64,000 nt of DNA from a virus (IMGVR_UViG_3300027631_002653:1-64000), one strand, 5' to 3'. Shown: positions 1-10,296, numbered from the stretch's first letter. The notes: generated from the letters alone by a model not told the origin. Numbers and translations are program-made.

Positions 1-554
1 GGAGATTAGCTAAAAAAGTTGAGCCAAAAATGCGTATCTTCGTTCCTGTAATCGTTCGCGGTGAAGAATCTGAAGGTGTTAAATTATGGCAGTTTGGTAA
101 AGAATTGTACATGGATTTCTTGAACCTTGCTGATAACGAAGACGTTGGAGATTTTACAGATGTATCTATCGGACGCGACATTACTTTAACGACTGTAGGT
201 CCTGAAGTAACTGGTACTAACTACAACAAAACTACAATTATGCCTAAAGTAAAGGAAACACCTTTAGCAGCAAGCAAAGATGAAGTTAATGCGTTGTTAG
301 AAAACCAACCTAACCCAATGGAAGTGTTTAAACGTTATTCGTTTGAAGACATGAAAGCTGCTTTACAAGAGTGGTTAACTCCAGAGGAACCAGAAGAAGG
401 TTCGATCATTGATGATGAAAAAGAAGAAGCAGCACCAATAACAACTGGTAAAGCTTATTCAATCAAAACACCTGCATCTGCTCAAGTAAGTAAAGCAGAT
501 AAGTTTGATGCATTATTCGAAGACGAAGAAGAAATTACAGGTTCACCTTTTTAA
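1..554 (+). CDS. Single-stranded DNA-binding protein (T4 gp32-like), 5'-truncated by the window
   Basis: Frame is open to the window start; VKLWQFGK, D-G-DITL and an acidic C-terminal tail ending in PF; lies upstream of the recA-like gene. Confidence 0.7.
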   Translation, partial: RLAKKVEPKMRIFVPVIVRGEESEGVKLWQFGKELYMDFLNLADNEDVGDFTDVSIGRDITLTTVGPEVTGTNYNKTTIMPKVKETPLAASKDEVNALLENQPNPMEVFKRYSFEDMKAALQEWLTPEEPEEGSIIDDEKEEAAPITTGKAYSIKTPASAQVSKADKFDALFEDEEEITGSPF

Positions 555-568
555 ACTAAAAAAACATT

Positions 569-1651
569 ATGGCTAAAACTAAAAAAAGCGAATCGCTGAC
601 GGCTGCTCTATCCTCTGAACTTAGATCAAACTTTGATTTGACTAAGTTTAAAGAGAAAAAAATGCTCAATTCAAATGTAAAATTTAAAGACCAAAGATGG
701 ATCCCTCTTAGTCCGGCATTTCAGGACGTAACATCCGTACCAGGTATTCCTATGGGCCATATTGTTCTACTTCGAGGTCATAGTGACACAGGTAAAACAA
801 CTGCAATGATTGAAGCAGCAGTGTCTGCTCAAAAAATGAAAGTTCTACCTGTGTTCATTATTACCGAAATGAAATGGAATTGGGAGCATGCTACTATGAT
901 GGGTTTGCAAGTAAACGAAATTGTAGATGAAACAACAGGCGAAGTCCTGAATTATGAAGGTAATTTTATCTATGTTGACCGTGAAACCTTGCACACTATT
1001 GAAGATGTAGCTGCTTTTATTCTTGATTTATTAGATGAACAGAAAAAAGGTAATTTACCTTACGATTTATTGTTCCTATGGGACTCAATCGGTTCGGTAC
1101 CTTGTGAATTATCAGTTCGTTCAAATAAAAACAATAATGAATGGAATGCAGGTGCAATGAGTACACAATTTGGTAACAATGTTAATCAAAAAATGACACT
1201 GTCACGTAAAGAGTCTTCACCCTACACTAATACATTAGTATGTGTTAATAAAGTTTGGACAGCAAAAGCAGAAGTACCTATGGGTCAACCAAAGTTGATG
1301 AATAAAGGTGGATTTGCTATGTGGTTTGATGCTACGTTTGTAGTAACATTTGGTAATATTTCAAATGCTGGTACATCTAAAATCAAAGCGATTAAAGATG
1401 GTAAGCAAGTTGAATTTGCTAAACGAACAAATCTCCAAATTGATAAAAACCACATTAATGGTGTTCAGTCAAGAGGTAAAATTATTATGACACCTCATGG
1501 ATTCATTACCGATAACGATAAGGAACTTAAAACCTATAAAGATGCACACGCCTCTGAATGGATGAAAATTCTTGGTGGTATGGATTTTGATATCTTTGAA
1601 GAAAATGATTCATTTGAATCAGAAAATATCTTCACACAGGAACCAGATTAA
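569..1651 (+). CDS. RecA/UvsX-like recombinase
   Basis: Walker A GHSDTGKT, Walker B LFLWDSIG, KGG and KNH motifs; replication context. Confidence 0.85.
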   Translation: MAKTKKSESLTAALSSELRSNFDLTKFKEKKMLNSNVKFKDQRWIPLSPAFQDVTSVPGIPMGHIVLLRGHSDTGKTTAMIEAAVSAQKMKVLPVFIITEMKWNWEHATMMGLQVNEIVDETTGEVLNYEGNFIYVDRETLHTIEDVAAFILDLLDEQKKGNLPYDLLFLWDSIGSVPCELSVRSNKNNNEWNAGAMSTQFGNNVNQKMTLSRKESSPYTNTLVCVNKVWTAKAEVPMGQPKLMNKGGFAMWFDATFVVTFGNISNAGTSKIKAIKDGKQVEFAKRTNLQIDKNHINGVQSRGKIIMTPHGFITDNDKELKTYKDAHASEWMKILGGMDFDIFEENDSFESENIFTQEPD

Positions 1652-1652
1652 T

Positions 1653-2690
1653 ATGAAGAAAAACGAATTATTTAAACTTCTTGACAGTGTAGTTGAGGAG
1701 AATGACACCGTATCCTCTAAAAAGTATGACCGAGTACTTTTAATAGATGGTTTAAATCTATTTTTTAGGAATTTTGCAATGATGAATATTGTAAATTCTC
1801 AAGGAGCGCATGTCGGAGGTTTAGGTGGTTTTATGCGTTCATTAGGATCTTTAATTAATCAAATCCAACCAACATCAGTTTTTGTAGTATTCGACGGAAT
1901 TGGTTCTTCCACTAACAGGAAGAACCTTCTCCCCGAGTATAAATCAGGTCGTAATTTGACCCGAATTACAAACTGGGAAGTATTTGAAGATTTAGAAGAC
2001 GAAGATGATGCTAAAATTAATCAAATCGTTCGTATTGCTCATTACCTAAAATGTTTACCTGTTAGGACTGTCGCAATTGACAAAGCTGAAGCAGACGATA
2101 TTATAGCGTATTATAGCGATATTCTTCCAAAGGCGCATGGTTCCAAGGTCTTTATTGTTTCATCGGATAAAGACTTTATACAACTGGTAAATGACGACGT
2201 TATTGTATATCGTCCAATCGAAAAAGAATACTATACTAAAGATACAGTTAAAGAAAAATTTGGTGTTCTAGCAGATAATTTTATTTTATACAAAATACTA
2301 CTTGGTGATAACTCAGATAAAGTAGCAGGTGTAAAAGGATTAGGTGAAAAAGGTTTATTAAAGAAATTCCCTGAATTAGCTATTGAAGTTTTAACATTAG
2401 ATGATATCTTTAGAATTGCAGAAGAAAAACATAAGGAACATGTTGTTTATGCTCGAGTTGCTTTTGAAAGAGAGCGATTAGAACAAAACTACAGAATTAT
2501 GAATCTTAAAAAACCATTATTAGATGATGGTGATAAAGAGTTTTTAACTGCTTTTGCAGAGTCTGATAACTTAGCTTTGAATAGCGAAGCTTTCTTACGA
2601 TTTTACCACGATGATGGATTAGGGCACTTGATTAAAAATGTAGAATTTTGGATTAAAGATACCTTTAAAGTACTAAACAGTTTTAAATAA
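1653..2690 (+). CDS. 5'-3' exonuclease / RNase H (PolI N-terminal-like, FEN family)
   Basis: LIDGLN, VFDG, EYKSGR, EADDII, SSDKDF, GDNSDKVAGVKGLG; start moved to ATG 1653. Confidence 0.9.
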   Translation: MKKNELFKLLDSVVEENDTVSSKKYDRVLLIDGLNLFFRNFAMMNIVNSQGAHVGGLGGFMRSLGSLINQIQPTSVFVVFDGIGSSTNRKNLLPEYKSGRNLTRITNWEVFEDLEDEDDAKINQIVRIAHYLKCLPVRTVAIDKAEADDIIAYYSDILPKAHGSKVFIVSSDKDFIQLVNDDVIVYRPIEKEYYTKDTVKEKFGVLADNFILYKILLGDNSDKVAGVKGLGEKGLLKKFPELAIEVLTLDDIFRIAEEKHKEHVVYARVAFERERLEQNYRIMNLKKPLLDDGDKEFLTAFAESDNLALNSEAFLRFYHDDGLGHLIKNVEFWIKDTFKVLNSFK

Positions 2691-2701
2691 ATAAGTTATA
2701 T

Positions 2702-4078
2702 ATGACATTAACCTCCTTGAATTCCTACGGAACAGGATTCCAAATTAAAGTATTATCTTCGCTTTTAACTCATAAAGAGTTTCTACTTAATATACATGAT
2801 GCACTGAGTGAAGAATATTTTGATAATAACGCCCACAAATGGATTATTAAAGAAATTTTAAAATATTACTCAAAATATCACACAACACCTACAATGGATG
2901 TGTTGAAAGTAGAGTTAAAGAAAATTGACAACGAAGTATTACAAATTTCAATTAAAGAACAATTACGTGAAGCATATAAATCTTCAGATGAAGATCTTAA
3001 ATATGTTGAAGAAGAATTTTCTAATTTTTGTAAAAACCAACAACTTAAAAGGGCATTATTAACTAGCGTAGATTTTTTAAATGCAGGAGATTATGATTCA
3101 ATTCGTTCATTAATTGATAACGCATTAAAATCGGGTCAAGACAAAAATGTAGGTCATGAATACAATAAAGAAGTTGAATCTCGTTATAGAGAAGATCATA
3201 GAATTGTAGTACCTTGTCCTTGGGAACCATTTAATCAATTACTTCAAGGTGGTTTAGGTAATGGTGATTTTGGATTAATATTTGGTAATCCTGGAGGTGG
3301 TAAATCTTGGATATTAGTTGCTTTAGGTGGTTATGCAGTTAAAATGGGTTACAATGTATTACATTATACCTTAGAATTAGGTGAAGATTATGTAGGTCGT
3401 CGTTATGATTCATTTTTTACAAATATTCCAGTAAATAGAATTACCGAACAAAAATACAGATCTAAAGTAGAAGAAGTTATTTTAGAATTACAAGGACAAT
3501 TGATTATTAAAGAATATTCTCCTGGAAAAGCATCAATGTCTACCATTGAATCACATATTAAAAAATGTATAGATCAAGATTTCAAACCAGATTTGATTAT
3601 TATTGATTATGTAGATCTTCTTCGCTCAAAAAGAACAAATCGTGAGCGTAAGGATGAAATAGATGATATTTATATTAGCACTAAAGCACTTGCTAGAGAA
3701 TTACAATTACCAGTTTGGTCTGTATCTCAAGTAAATCGCGCAGGTGCAAAAGATGATATTATTGAAGGTGATAAAGCCGCAGGATCATATGATAAAATGA
3801 TGGTCACTGATGTTGCTATATCCTTATCAAGAAAACGTCAGGATAAAGTAAACGGAACAGGTAGATTTCACATTATGAAAAATAGATATGGTATGGATGG
3901 GATGAGTTTTAATGTGAAAGCAGATACATCTACGGGTCACTTTGAAGTTTCTGAACGTATGGAGAATGATGAAGATGAAGGAACTACTTCAACAAGTACT
4001 TCACAACCTACTTTTAGTACAATTGATTCTATGGATAAAAAAGATCTTAGAAACAAATTTTTTGCCCTTAACTCTTAA
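2702..4078 (+). CDS. Replicative DnaB-like (gp41-like) helicase
   Basis: GNPGGGKS, YTLEL, IIIDYVDLL, SQVNR, KNRYG. Confidence 0.9.
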   Translation: MTLTSLNSYGTGFQIKVLSSLLTHKEFLLNIHDALSEEYFDNNAHKWIIKEILKYYSKYHTTPTMDVLKVELKKIDNEVLQISIKEQLREAYKSSDEDLKYVEEEFSNFCKNQQLKRALLTSVDFLNAGDYDSIRSLIDNALKSGQDKNVGHEYNKEVESRYREDHRIVVPCPWEPFNQLLQGGLGNGDFGLIFGNPGGGKSWILVALGGYAVKMGYNVLHYTLELGEDYVGRRYDSFFTNIPVNRITEQKYRSKVEEVILELQGQLIIKEYSPGKASMSTIESHIKKCIDQDFKPDLIIIDYVDLLRSKRTNRERKDEIDDIYISTKALARELQLPVWSVSQVNRAGAKDDIIEGDKAAGSYDKMMVTDVAISLSRKRQDKVNGTGRFHIMKNRYGMDGMSFNVKADTSTGHFEVSERMENDEDEGTTSTSTSQPTFSTIDSMDKKDLRNKFFALNS

Positions 4079-4087
4079 TAAAAAATT

Positions 4088-5071
4088 ATGAAAAGTAGTA
4101 TTATAAAACCTAGGTTAGTGTATAAACCTTTTGAGTATCCTGAAGCCTATGATTTTTGGCTTAAACAACAACAAGCACATTGGTTACACACTGAAGTGCC
4201 TATGATGAGTGATTTGAATGATTGGAAATCAAATCTAAATGAAACGGAAAAAAATATTATTGGCTCGATTTTAAAAGGTTTTGCTCAAACAGAAACTATT
4301 GTAAATGACTATTGGACTCAATTAGTTACAAAATGGTTCCGTAAACCGGAAGTTATTATGATGGCTACAACATTTGGTGCATTTGAAACAATCCATGCTG
4401 AAGCTTATTCATTATTAAACGAAACACTTGGCCTTGAAAACTTTGATGAATTCTTAGAAGATGAAGCAACAATGGCTAAAATTCAAACATTAATGGATGT
4501 AAGAGATCATCATGTTGATGAAAATAATCTTCACGAAATTGCAAAATCATTAGCTATATTCTCAGCATTTACAGAAGGTGTTAATTTGTTCTCTTCATTT
4601 GCAGTATTGTTAAGCTTTAAAATGCGTAATAAACTTAAAGGTGTTGGTCAAATCGTTGAATGGTCTATTAGAGACGAATCACTACACTCAGAAGCTGGAT
4701 GTTGGTTATTTAGAACATTATTACAGGAAAATCCAAAGTTAAAAACACAAGAACTTGAAGCTGCTATTAATGAAGCTGCTTTATTATCTCTTAAACTTGA
4801 GCTTGATTTTATTAAGAAAATTTATGAACTTGGTGACTTAGAAGGTTGTTCACAATATGATTTAGAAAACTTTATTAAAAATAGAGTTAATACCAAATTA
4901 GGTGATTTAGGTTATAAATCAATCATTTCAAATATTGATATGACAGCCGTAGAAAGAATGAAATGGTTTGATCATTTATCAGCCGGTAAACAACACACAG
5001 ATTTCTTTGCTAATAGAGTAACTAATTACTCTAAAGGACACATGAATTGGGATGAATCAGATATTTTTTAA
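4088..5071 (+). CDS. nrdB: Ribonucleotide reductase class Ia beta subunit
   Basis: ETIHAEAYS, EGVNLFSSF, RDESLH, HTDFF..RVTNY. Confidence 0.93.
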   Translation: MKSSIIKPRLVYKPFEYPEAYDFWLKQQQAHWLHTEVPMMSDLNDWKSNLNETEKNIIGSILKGFAQTETIVNDYWTQLVTKWFRKPEVIMMATTFGAFETIHAEAYSLLNETLGLENFDEFLEDEATMAKIQTLMDVRDHHVDENNLHEIAKSLAIFSAFTEGVNLFSSFAVLLSFKMRNKLKGVGQIVEWSIRDESLHSEAGCWLFRTLLQENPKLKTQELEAAINEAALLSLKLELDFIKKIYELGDLEGCSQYDLENFIKNRVNTKLGDLGYKSIISNIDMTAVERMKWFDHLSAGKQHTDFFANRVTNYSKGHMNWDESDIF

Positions 5072-5080
5072 AAATAAACA

Positions 5081-6793
5081 ATGGACAATAATTTAGTAGC
5101 AGATTACACACAATGGGAACGTGGTAAAGATTATCCTGAATTTTTTGATGAAGTAGCTTTATCAACAATATCAAAAGGATATTTAATACCAGGAGAAACT
5201 CCTAAAAAAGCATATAGAAGGGTCGCTCATGCTGTTGCAACGAGATTAAATCGACCTGACTTAGAAAATAAATTTTTTAAATATATTTGGAATGGATGGA
5301 TTGGACTTGCAAGCCCAGTACTCTCAAATACGGGGACAGACAGAGGATTACCGATTAGTTGCTTTGGCATCGATACTCCGGATTCAGTCAGAGGTATTGG
5401 CCTTACAAACGCAGAACTTATGCGCCTCACCTCGTATGGTGGAGGCGTTGGAATCTCCCTCTCAAGAATTAGAGGTCGAGGATCAAACATTACTGGAAAT
5501 GGTAAGTCAGAAGGAGTAGTTCCTTGGGCTAAAATTTATGACTCAACTATTATTGCAACTAATCAAGGTTCAGTACGTAGAGGTGCAGCTTCAGTAAACT
5601 TAGATATTAACCATGTTGATATTAAAGAATTTTTACAAATTCGCAGACCTAAAGGTGATCCTAATAGACAATGTCTAAACTTACACCAATGTGTAGTTGT
5701 AGATGATGCGTTTATGAAGCGATTGAATGATAGGGATAGCGAAGCCATGTCGTTATGGATGGAAATACTTAAATCACGTGTGGAAACGGGTGAACCATAT
5801 GTTATGTTTAAGGATAACGTCAATAAAGATAATCCTTTAGCATATAGAATGAATAACTTAGATGTTTCTATGACTAATATCTGTACTGAAATCACTTTAC
5901 ATACAGACGAGGAACATTCATTTATTTGTTGTTTAAGTTCATTAAATTTAGCTAAATATGATGAATGGAAAAACACAGATGTAATTGAAACTGCAGTTTA
6001 TTTCTTAGATGGTGTAATGGAAGAATTTATCGTTAAAACAAACGGTAAAGATTCAATGATTCGTTCTCATAGACATGCTAAAAAAGGTCGTGCATTAGGT
6101 TTAGGTGTAATGGGGTGGCATACGTTCTTACAACAAAAGAATCTACCATTTAATTCAATAGCTTCAACAGCATGGACACATACTATTTTTAGTGATATTA
6201 AAATGAAAGCTGAAGCAGCATCACGTCAATTAGCAGCTGAATATGGTGAACCATTTTGGTGTAAAGGTACAGGTATGAGAAATACACACTTGTTAGCTAT
6301 TGCCCCTACAGTATCAAATTCACGTTTAAATAACTGTTCAGCAGGTATTGAACCTCAACCAGCCAACGTTTATGTATTTAATGGTGCTAAAGGAACATTT
6401 ATTGTTAAAAATCCTGAATTGGAAACATTACTTAATAATAAAAATAAAAATTCAAATAAAGTTTGGGATCAAATTTTAGCAGATAATGGTTCAGTTGCTA
6501 ACTTACCTAGTGATGTATTGAGTGAAGATGAAAAAGAAGTATTCTTAACATTCCCAGAAATTAATCAGTTAGGTTTAGTACAACAAGCAGCAATTCGCCA
6601 ACGTTATATTGATCAAACTCAATCCTTGAACTTAGCATTTGATCCAACTGATTCACCAAAATGGATTAATCAGGTACATATAGAAGCTCATAAATTAGGA
6701 ATTAAAACACTATATTATCTCCGTACAGACTCAGTAATTAAAGGTGATTTAGGATCTAGAACATCTGAAGATTGCCAAGCCTGTGATGGATAA
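5081..6793 (+). CDS. nrdA: Ribonucleotide reductase class Ia alpha subunit (no ATP cone)
   Basis: PISCF, GGGVG, QGSVRRGA, TNICTE, AIAPT, TLYY, C-terminal CQAC. Confidence 0.93.
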   Translation: MDNNLVADYTQWERGKDYPEFFDEVALSTISKGYLIPGETPKKAYRRVAHAVATRLNRPDLENKFFKYIWNGWIGLASPVLSNTGTDRGLPISCFGIDTPDSVRGIGLTNAELMRLTSYGGGVGISLSRIRGRGSNITGNGKSEGVVPWAKIYDSTIIATNQGSVRRGAASVNLDINHVDIKEFLQIRRPKGDPNRQCLNLHQCVVVDDAFMKRLNDRDSEAMSLWMEILKSRVETGEPYVMFKDNVNKDNPLAYRMNNLDVSMTNICTEITLHTDEEHSFICCLSSLNLAKYDEWKNTDVIETAVYFLDGVMEEFIVKTNGKDSMIRSHRHAKKGRALGLGVMGWHTFLQQKNLPFNSIASTAWTHTIFSDIKMKAEAASRQLAAEYGEPFWCKGTGMRNTHLLAIAPTVSNSRLNNCSAGIEPQPANVYVFNGAKGTFIVKNPELETLLNNKNKNSNKVWDQILADNGSVANLPSDVLSEDEKEVFLTFPEINQLGLVQQAAIRQRYIDQTQSLNLAFDPTDSPKWINQVHIEAHKLGIKTLYYLRTDSVIKGDLGSRTSEDCQACDG

Positions 6794-6805
6794 AAATTAA
6801 AAATT

Positions 6806-7954
6806 ATGGAAAAAATTAAAGAACGAATATTCCCTTTAATAATAGCACTTTCCGCATTATCAGTTTCTGCTTCGGCCGCTTTCTATTCAGTTAGTGGCCT
6901 TAGTAAACTGTTTGCTGGTGCAAGTTTAGAGGTGATTATTATGGCTTCTTCACTTGAGGTAGCTAAATTAGTAATAGCATCTTTATTATACCAATATTGG
7001 GATAAATTAAATAATACATTAAAAGTTTATCTTACAATAGCTTGTACTGTATTAATTTTAATTACATCGATGGGTATTTATGGTTTCCTATCATCAGCAT
7101 ATCAAGAAACAGCAAACAAAGATGGTTTTGTAACCCAACAAGTTACTGCTTTAGAAACTAAAAAAAGTTTATACGAGCAAAATAGAGATAATATATTAAA
7201 AGAAAAACAATCTCTAGCTGAATTAAAAGGTACATTATCAAAAGGATCTACAACTCAATATACTGATAAAAAAGGTAATTTAGTAATTAGATCAAATAAT
7301 GCAACTATTAGAAATATTGAAGTAGCTAATAAATCAGATGAAAAATTATCTACTAAATTAGATGTAGTAAATGATTCTATTTTTAGTTTAGAAAATAAAA
7401 TCCTTGAAGTTAAAACTAAGGGTGATGCTGCTAGTGAATTAGGTCCACTTAAATATCTTTCAGAATTAACCGGTGTTGAAATGAATCGAATTATTAACTG
7501 GTTATTATTGATAATCATCTTTGTATTTGATCCATTAGCTATTGCTTTGGTAATCGCTGCTAACTTTGCTTTTACTCAATTACGTAAGATACCTAAACAT
7601 GATGAATTAACTGAGGAAGATAAAGAATGGTTAGAGGCTAATTTAGTTGAAGACGAAGAATCTAAACAAACAGGTACTCCATTAATGGTAGATCTTAAAA
7701 CAGGTAAATTTTACTACGAGGAACCAGAAGAAAATATATATGGTGAAGATAAAAATTTTCCACTTGATGAAACTGATAATAATAAAACTCTAAATAAACA
7801 TACAGAATCAATAGAAAATATGAGAAAAATTGTTGAATCATATGATAATCTACAAAACATTGCAGATTTTACTCAATATAATTATGCTAAAGATTCGTTA
7901 ATAAACGATATTGATAAACATAAAAAAGACGACGATACTATAACGTATTTTTAA
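6806..7954 (+). CDS. Membrane protein with coiled-coil region
   Basis: Three N-terminal hydrophobic segments, a coiled-coil-like middle, then IIFVFDPLAIAL hydrophobic segment and an acidic tail. Confidence 0.6.
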   Translation: MEKIKERIFPLIIALSALSVSASAAFYSVSGLSKLFAGASLEVIIMASSLEVAKLVIASLLYQYWDKLNNTLKVYLTIACTVLILITSMGIYGFLSSAYQETANKDGFVTQQVTALETKKSLYEQNRDNILKEKQSLAELKGTLSKGSTTQYTDKKGNLVIRSNNATIRNIEVANKSDEKLSTKLDVVNDSIFSLENKILEVKTKGDAASELGPLKYLSELTGVEMNRIINWLLLIIIFVFDPLAIALVIAANFAFTQLRKIPKHDELTEEDKEWLEANLVEDEESKQTGTPLMVDLKTGKFYYEEPEENIYGEDKNFPLDETDNNKTLNKHTESIENMRKIVESYDNLQNIADFTQYNYAKDSLINDIDKHKKDDDTITYF

Positions 7955-7967
7955 AAAAAAAGAGCGT

Positions 7968-8183
7968 TTAATAGCGCTCTTCTTTATTTTGTATTGATAT
8001 AGCTATAATTCTATTATATTCATCTAATGTTAATCTAGTTTTAGTAACTATTATAACATGGTCTTCATAAATTAGTGCTTGTCTAGTTGTTTTAGGAGTT
8101 TTACTTATTTTGTGTGATACAAAATTAGTTGAAGAACAAGCAGTTATAACTAATACAACCCCAATTAATAATATTTTTTTCAT
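7968..8183 (-). CDS. Small putative lipoprotein (the only convincing minus-strand gene)
   Basis: Signal peptide MKKILLIGVVLVITA-C with lipobox-like cysteine; fills a gap; ATATTTATA motif upstream on the minus strand. Confidence 0.6.
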   Translation of the reverse strand: MKKILLIGVVLVITACSSTNFVSHKISKTPKTTRQALIYEDHVIIVTKTRLTLDEYNRIIAISIQNKEERY

Positions 8184-8278
8184 TTTTGTTTTGGTTTTAG
8201 GGTTAAACTAATATTACGTGTATAAATATTAGTCATTTTAAAGTCATTTTAAATTTATAAAAGACGTCATATTAAAAA

Positions 8279-8308
8279 TTTGGCTTCTGCAAAAATTGTT
8301 CGTATATT
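8279..8308 (+). promoter_or_regulatory. TTGG-N19-TATATT promoter
   Basis: TTTGG 8279-8283 and TTCG-TATATT with TATATT at 8303; AATAAAGGTTATG start context downstream. Confidence 0.8.
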
Positions 8309-8333
8309 ACACGCATAATAAGAAATAAAGGTT

Positions 8334-8528
8334 ATGGAAACAAAAATAAGTTTAGTAATTCAAAGTATGTTAAATGATGCTATGATTGAAGTTAATCATC
8401 CAATGTTAATGGAAGAAGCTCAAGAACGTTTACGTTTTGTAAAGTATTTAATTCACTACTACCCAAACACTAATAAAAAAATTAATGTTGATGTAGTTTA
8501 CAACCAATGGAGAATAAATTTAACTTAA
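8334..8528 (+). CDS. Hypothetical protein
   Basis: ORF directly after the promoter. Confidence 0.6.
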   Translation: METKISLVIQSMLNDAMIEVNHPMLMEEAQERLRFVKYLIHYYPNTNKKINVDVVYNQWRINLT

Positions 8529-8529
8529 A

Positions 8530-8559
8530 TTTGGAGAATTAAAAAACATTTATTATATT
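8530..8559 (+). promoter_or_regulatory. TTGG-N19-TATATT promoter
   Basis: TTTGG 8530-8534, TATATT 8554. Confidence 0.65.
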
Positions 8560-8576
8560 CAAATAAAAATAAAATT

Positions 8577-8783
8577 ATGACACGAGAAGAATTCGAAAAC
8601 AAGCACCTTGATTTAGTTAATGATTTAATTCATTTAAATAATGAAATTGGAGAAACATGGGCATACCACCCAGAAAACTCAAATCGTATTGATCCAATTC
8701 ACTACCATGCTATTTTGGTAGAAAAAGCAAATCAATTAGAAGCAAAAATTGATGCCCTTGTAAAACAATATGGCTCAATATAG
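8577..8783 (+). CDS. Hypothetical protein
   Basis: ORF after the promoter. Confidence 0.6.
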   Translation: MTREEFENKHLDLVNDLIHLNNEIGETWAYHPENSNRIDPIHYHAILVEKANQLEAKIDALVKQYGSI

Positions 8784-9363
8784 TTTCATAAAAGAAGGTA
8801 ATATTAAACATAGTCGAGAGGTAGTTATGAAGCATATTAAAAAGCTTCAACCTCTTAACTATAATAAATTTATGTGGTGGCGTACACATACTGATAAAAT
8901 TGTACCACTTGGTAAACGAGCACCACTTAAAGAACGTATTTTAAATGGTGATTTTAATCCATCATCATATTTGTGGCAAGCACAATTTGCTTTATATACT
9001 GCTTTAGATAAACTTGATTTAACTAAACACGATCACCAATTACAAATAGAAATATTAGCTGTTGATCTTGCTCGTTATAAACGTTTAATGGAAGATTTTA
9101 GTAAAGAAGAACCATCACGCTTAGAAGCTTTATATGATGCTTTTACAACATCATTCCAGATTACACGTGAAGAATTAGAAGAAAGATTAATTCAATGGCC
9201 TGGTGATATTATGAGTTTCTATGAATCATGCTATATGTTTATGCGTACTACACCAGCTGAAAATAGAAAAAGCTTCCGTAATCGTCCTACTAAAGTAGTT
9301 CAAGTAGCACAACCCCAAATTAAGCGTAAAAGAGGTCGTCCTCGTAAAAATGAAATGTTTTAA
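8770..9363 (+). CDS. Hypothetical protein with C-terminal AT-hook
   Basis: Ends in KRKRGRPRK. Confidence 0.6.
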   Translation: MAQYSFIKEGNIKHSREVVMKHIKKLQPLNYNKFMWWRTHTDKIVPLGKRAPLKERILNGDFNPSSYLWQAQFALYTALDKLDLTKHDHQLQIEILAVDLARYKRLMEDFSKEEPSRLEALYDAFTTSFQITREELEERLIQWPGDIMSFYESCYMFMRTTPAENRKSFRNRPTKVVQVAQPQIKRKRGRPRKNEMF

Positions 9364-9365
9364 AA

Positions 9366-9515
9366 ATGGTAGAAATAATTAGGCATACTCTTGGGTTTTG
9401 TGGTGATACATGGCATCCAACTCTTTTTACAGTAATTGCTGGTGGGCTTGGATTTTTACCAAGTTTTAATTATATTTATTTCAAATATATTAAGCGTTAT
9501 GAAAAGAAAAATTAA
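9366..9515 (+). CDS. Small membrane peptide (49 aa, not in ORF track)
   Basis: MVEIIRHTLGFCGDTWHPTLFTVIAGGLGFLPSFNYIYF...; fills the gap between 9363 and 9499. Confidence 0.5.
   Translation: MVEIIRHTLGFCGDTWHPTLFTVIAGGLGFLPSFNYIYFKYIKRYEKKN
9448..9476 (+). promoter_or_regulatory. TTGG-N19-TATATT promoter heading the deazaguanine locus
   Basis: TTGG 9448-9451, TATATT 9471. Confidence 0.55.
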
Positions 9516-10296
9516 GGTTTCACACGAAGTTCCGTTTTGTTTATTAAATTATAGTAGAGAGTTTAACGATTATGATTATTGTTTACCTCATTTATTAGAT
9601 CAAAACGAAGAGTACAAAGCATATTTTATACAAGCAAAAGCAGAAGGTCGTTATATTGTAATGGACAATTCACTTCATGAATTGGGTACAGCATACGATA
9701 ATGAGCGTTTAATGTATTGGATAAACGTATTAGAGCCAAATGAATTTATGGTGCCTGATGTATGGGAAAATAAAGTAGCATCAATTGTAAACGCTCGAGC
9801 TTGGTCTAAATATGAACTACCAGAAGGTGTTACTAAAGTAGCAGTTGTTCAAGCAAAGTCATTTGCTGAATCATTAGAATGTACTCACATTTATAAAGAT
9901 TTAGGTTATAAAAAAATTGCATACTCGTATGGTGCTTCTTATTACAATAAAATTGTTGAACATCCAAATAAAAATTTAGGTAAAGCATTAGGTCGTATTA
10001 AAGTAATTACTGATTTGTATAAAAAAGGTATTTTAACACCTTATGATAGAGTACATTTATTAGGATGTCAAGTACCTCAGGAATTTGGTTGGTATCAAGG
10101 TATTGAATGTATCGAATCAATTGATACATCAAATCCAATTATGGCTGCTTTAGAAGGCGAAGCTTATAATTTTTATGGTTTAACTGATAAACCAAAAGCT
10201 AACATGAATGATTATCAAGATATTGCTACTGAAAATGTAGATTTAGATTTAGTTGATAATAATGTTGAAATGTTTAGACTTATTAATAATTTATAA
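9499..10296 (+). CDS. Divergent tRNA-guanine transglycosylase-fold (DpdA-like) protein
   Basis: TGT-like motif series MDNS, PDV, VVQA, RVHLLG, ESIDTS; adjacent to queC/D/E; start moved to ATG 9499. Confidence 0.7.
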   Translation: MKRKIKVSHEVPFCLLNYSREFNDYDYCLPHLLDQNEEYKAYFIQAKAEGRYIVMDNSLHELGTAYDNERLMYWINVLEPNEFMVPDVWENKVASIVNARAWSKYELPEGVTKVAVVQAKSFAESLECTHIYKDLGYKKIAYSYGASYYNKIVEHPNKNLGKALGRIKVITDLYKKGILTPYDRVHLLGCQVPQEFGWYQGIECIESIDTSNPIMAALEGEAYNFYGLTDKPKANMNDYQDIATENVDLDLVDNNVEMFRLINNL

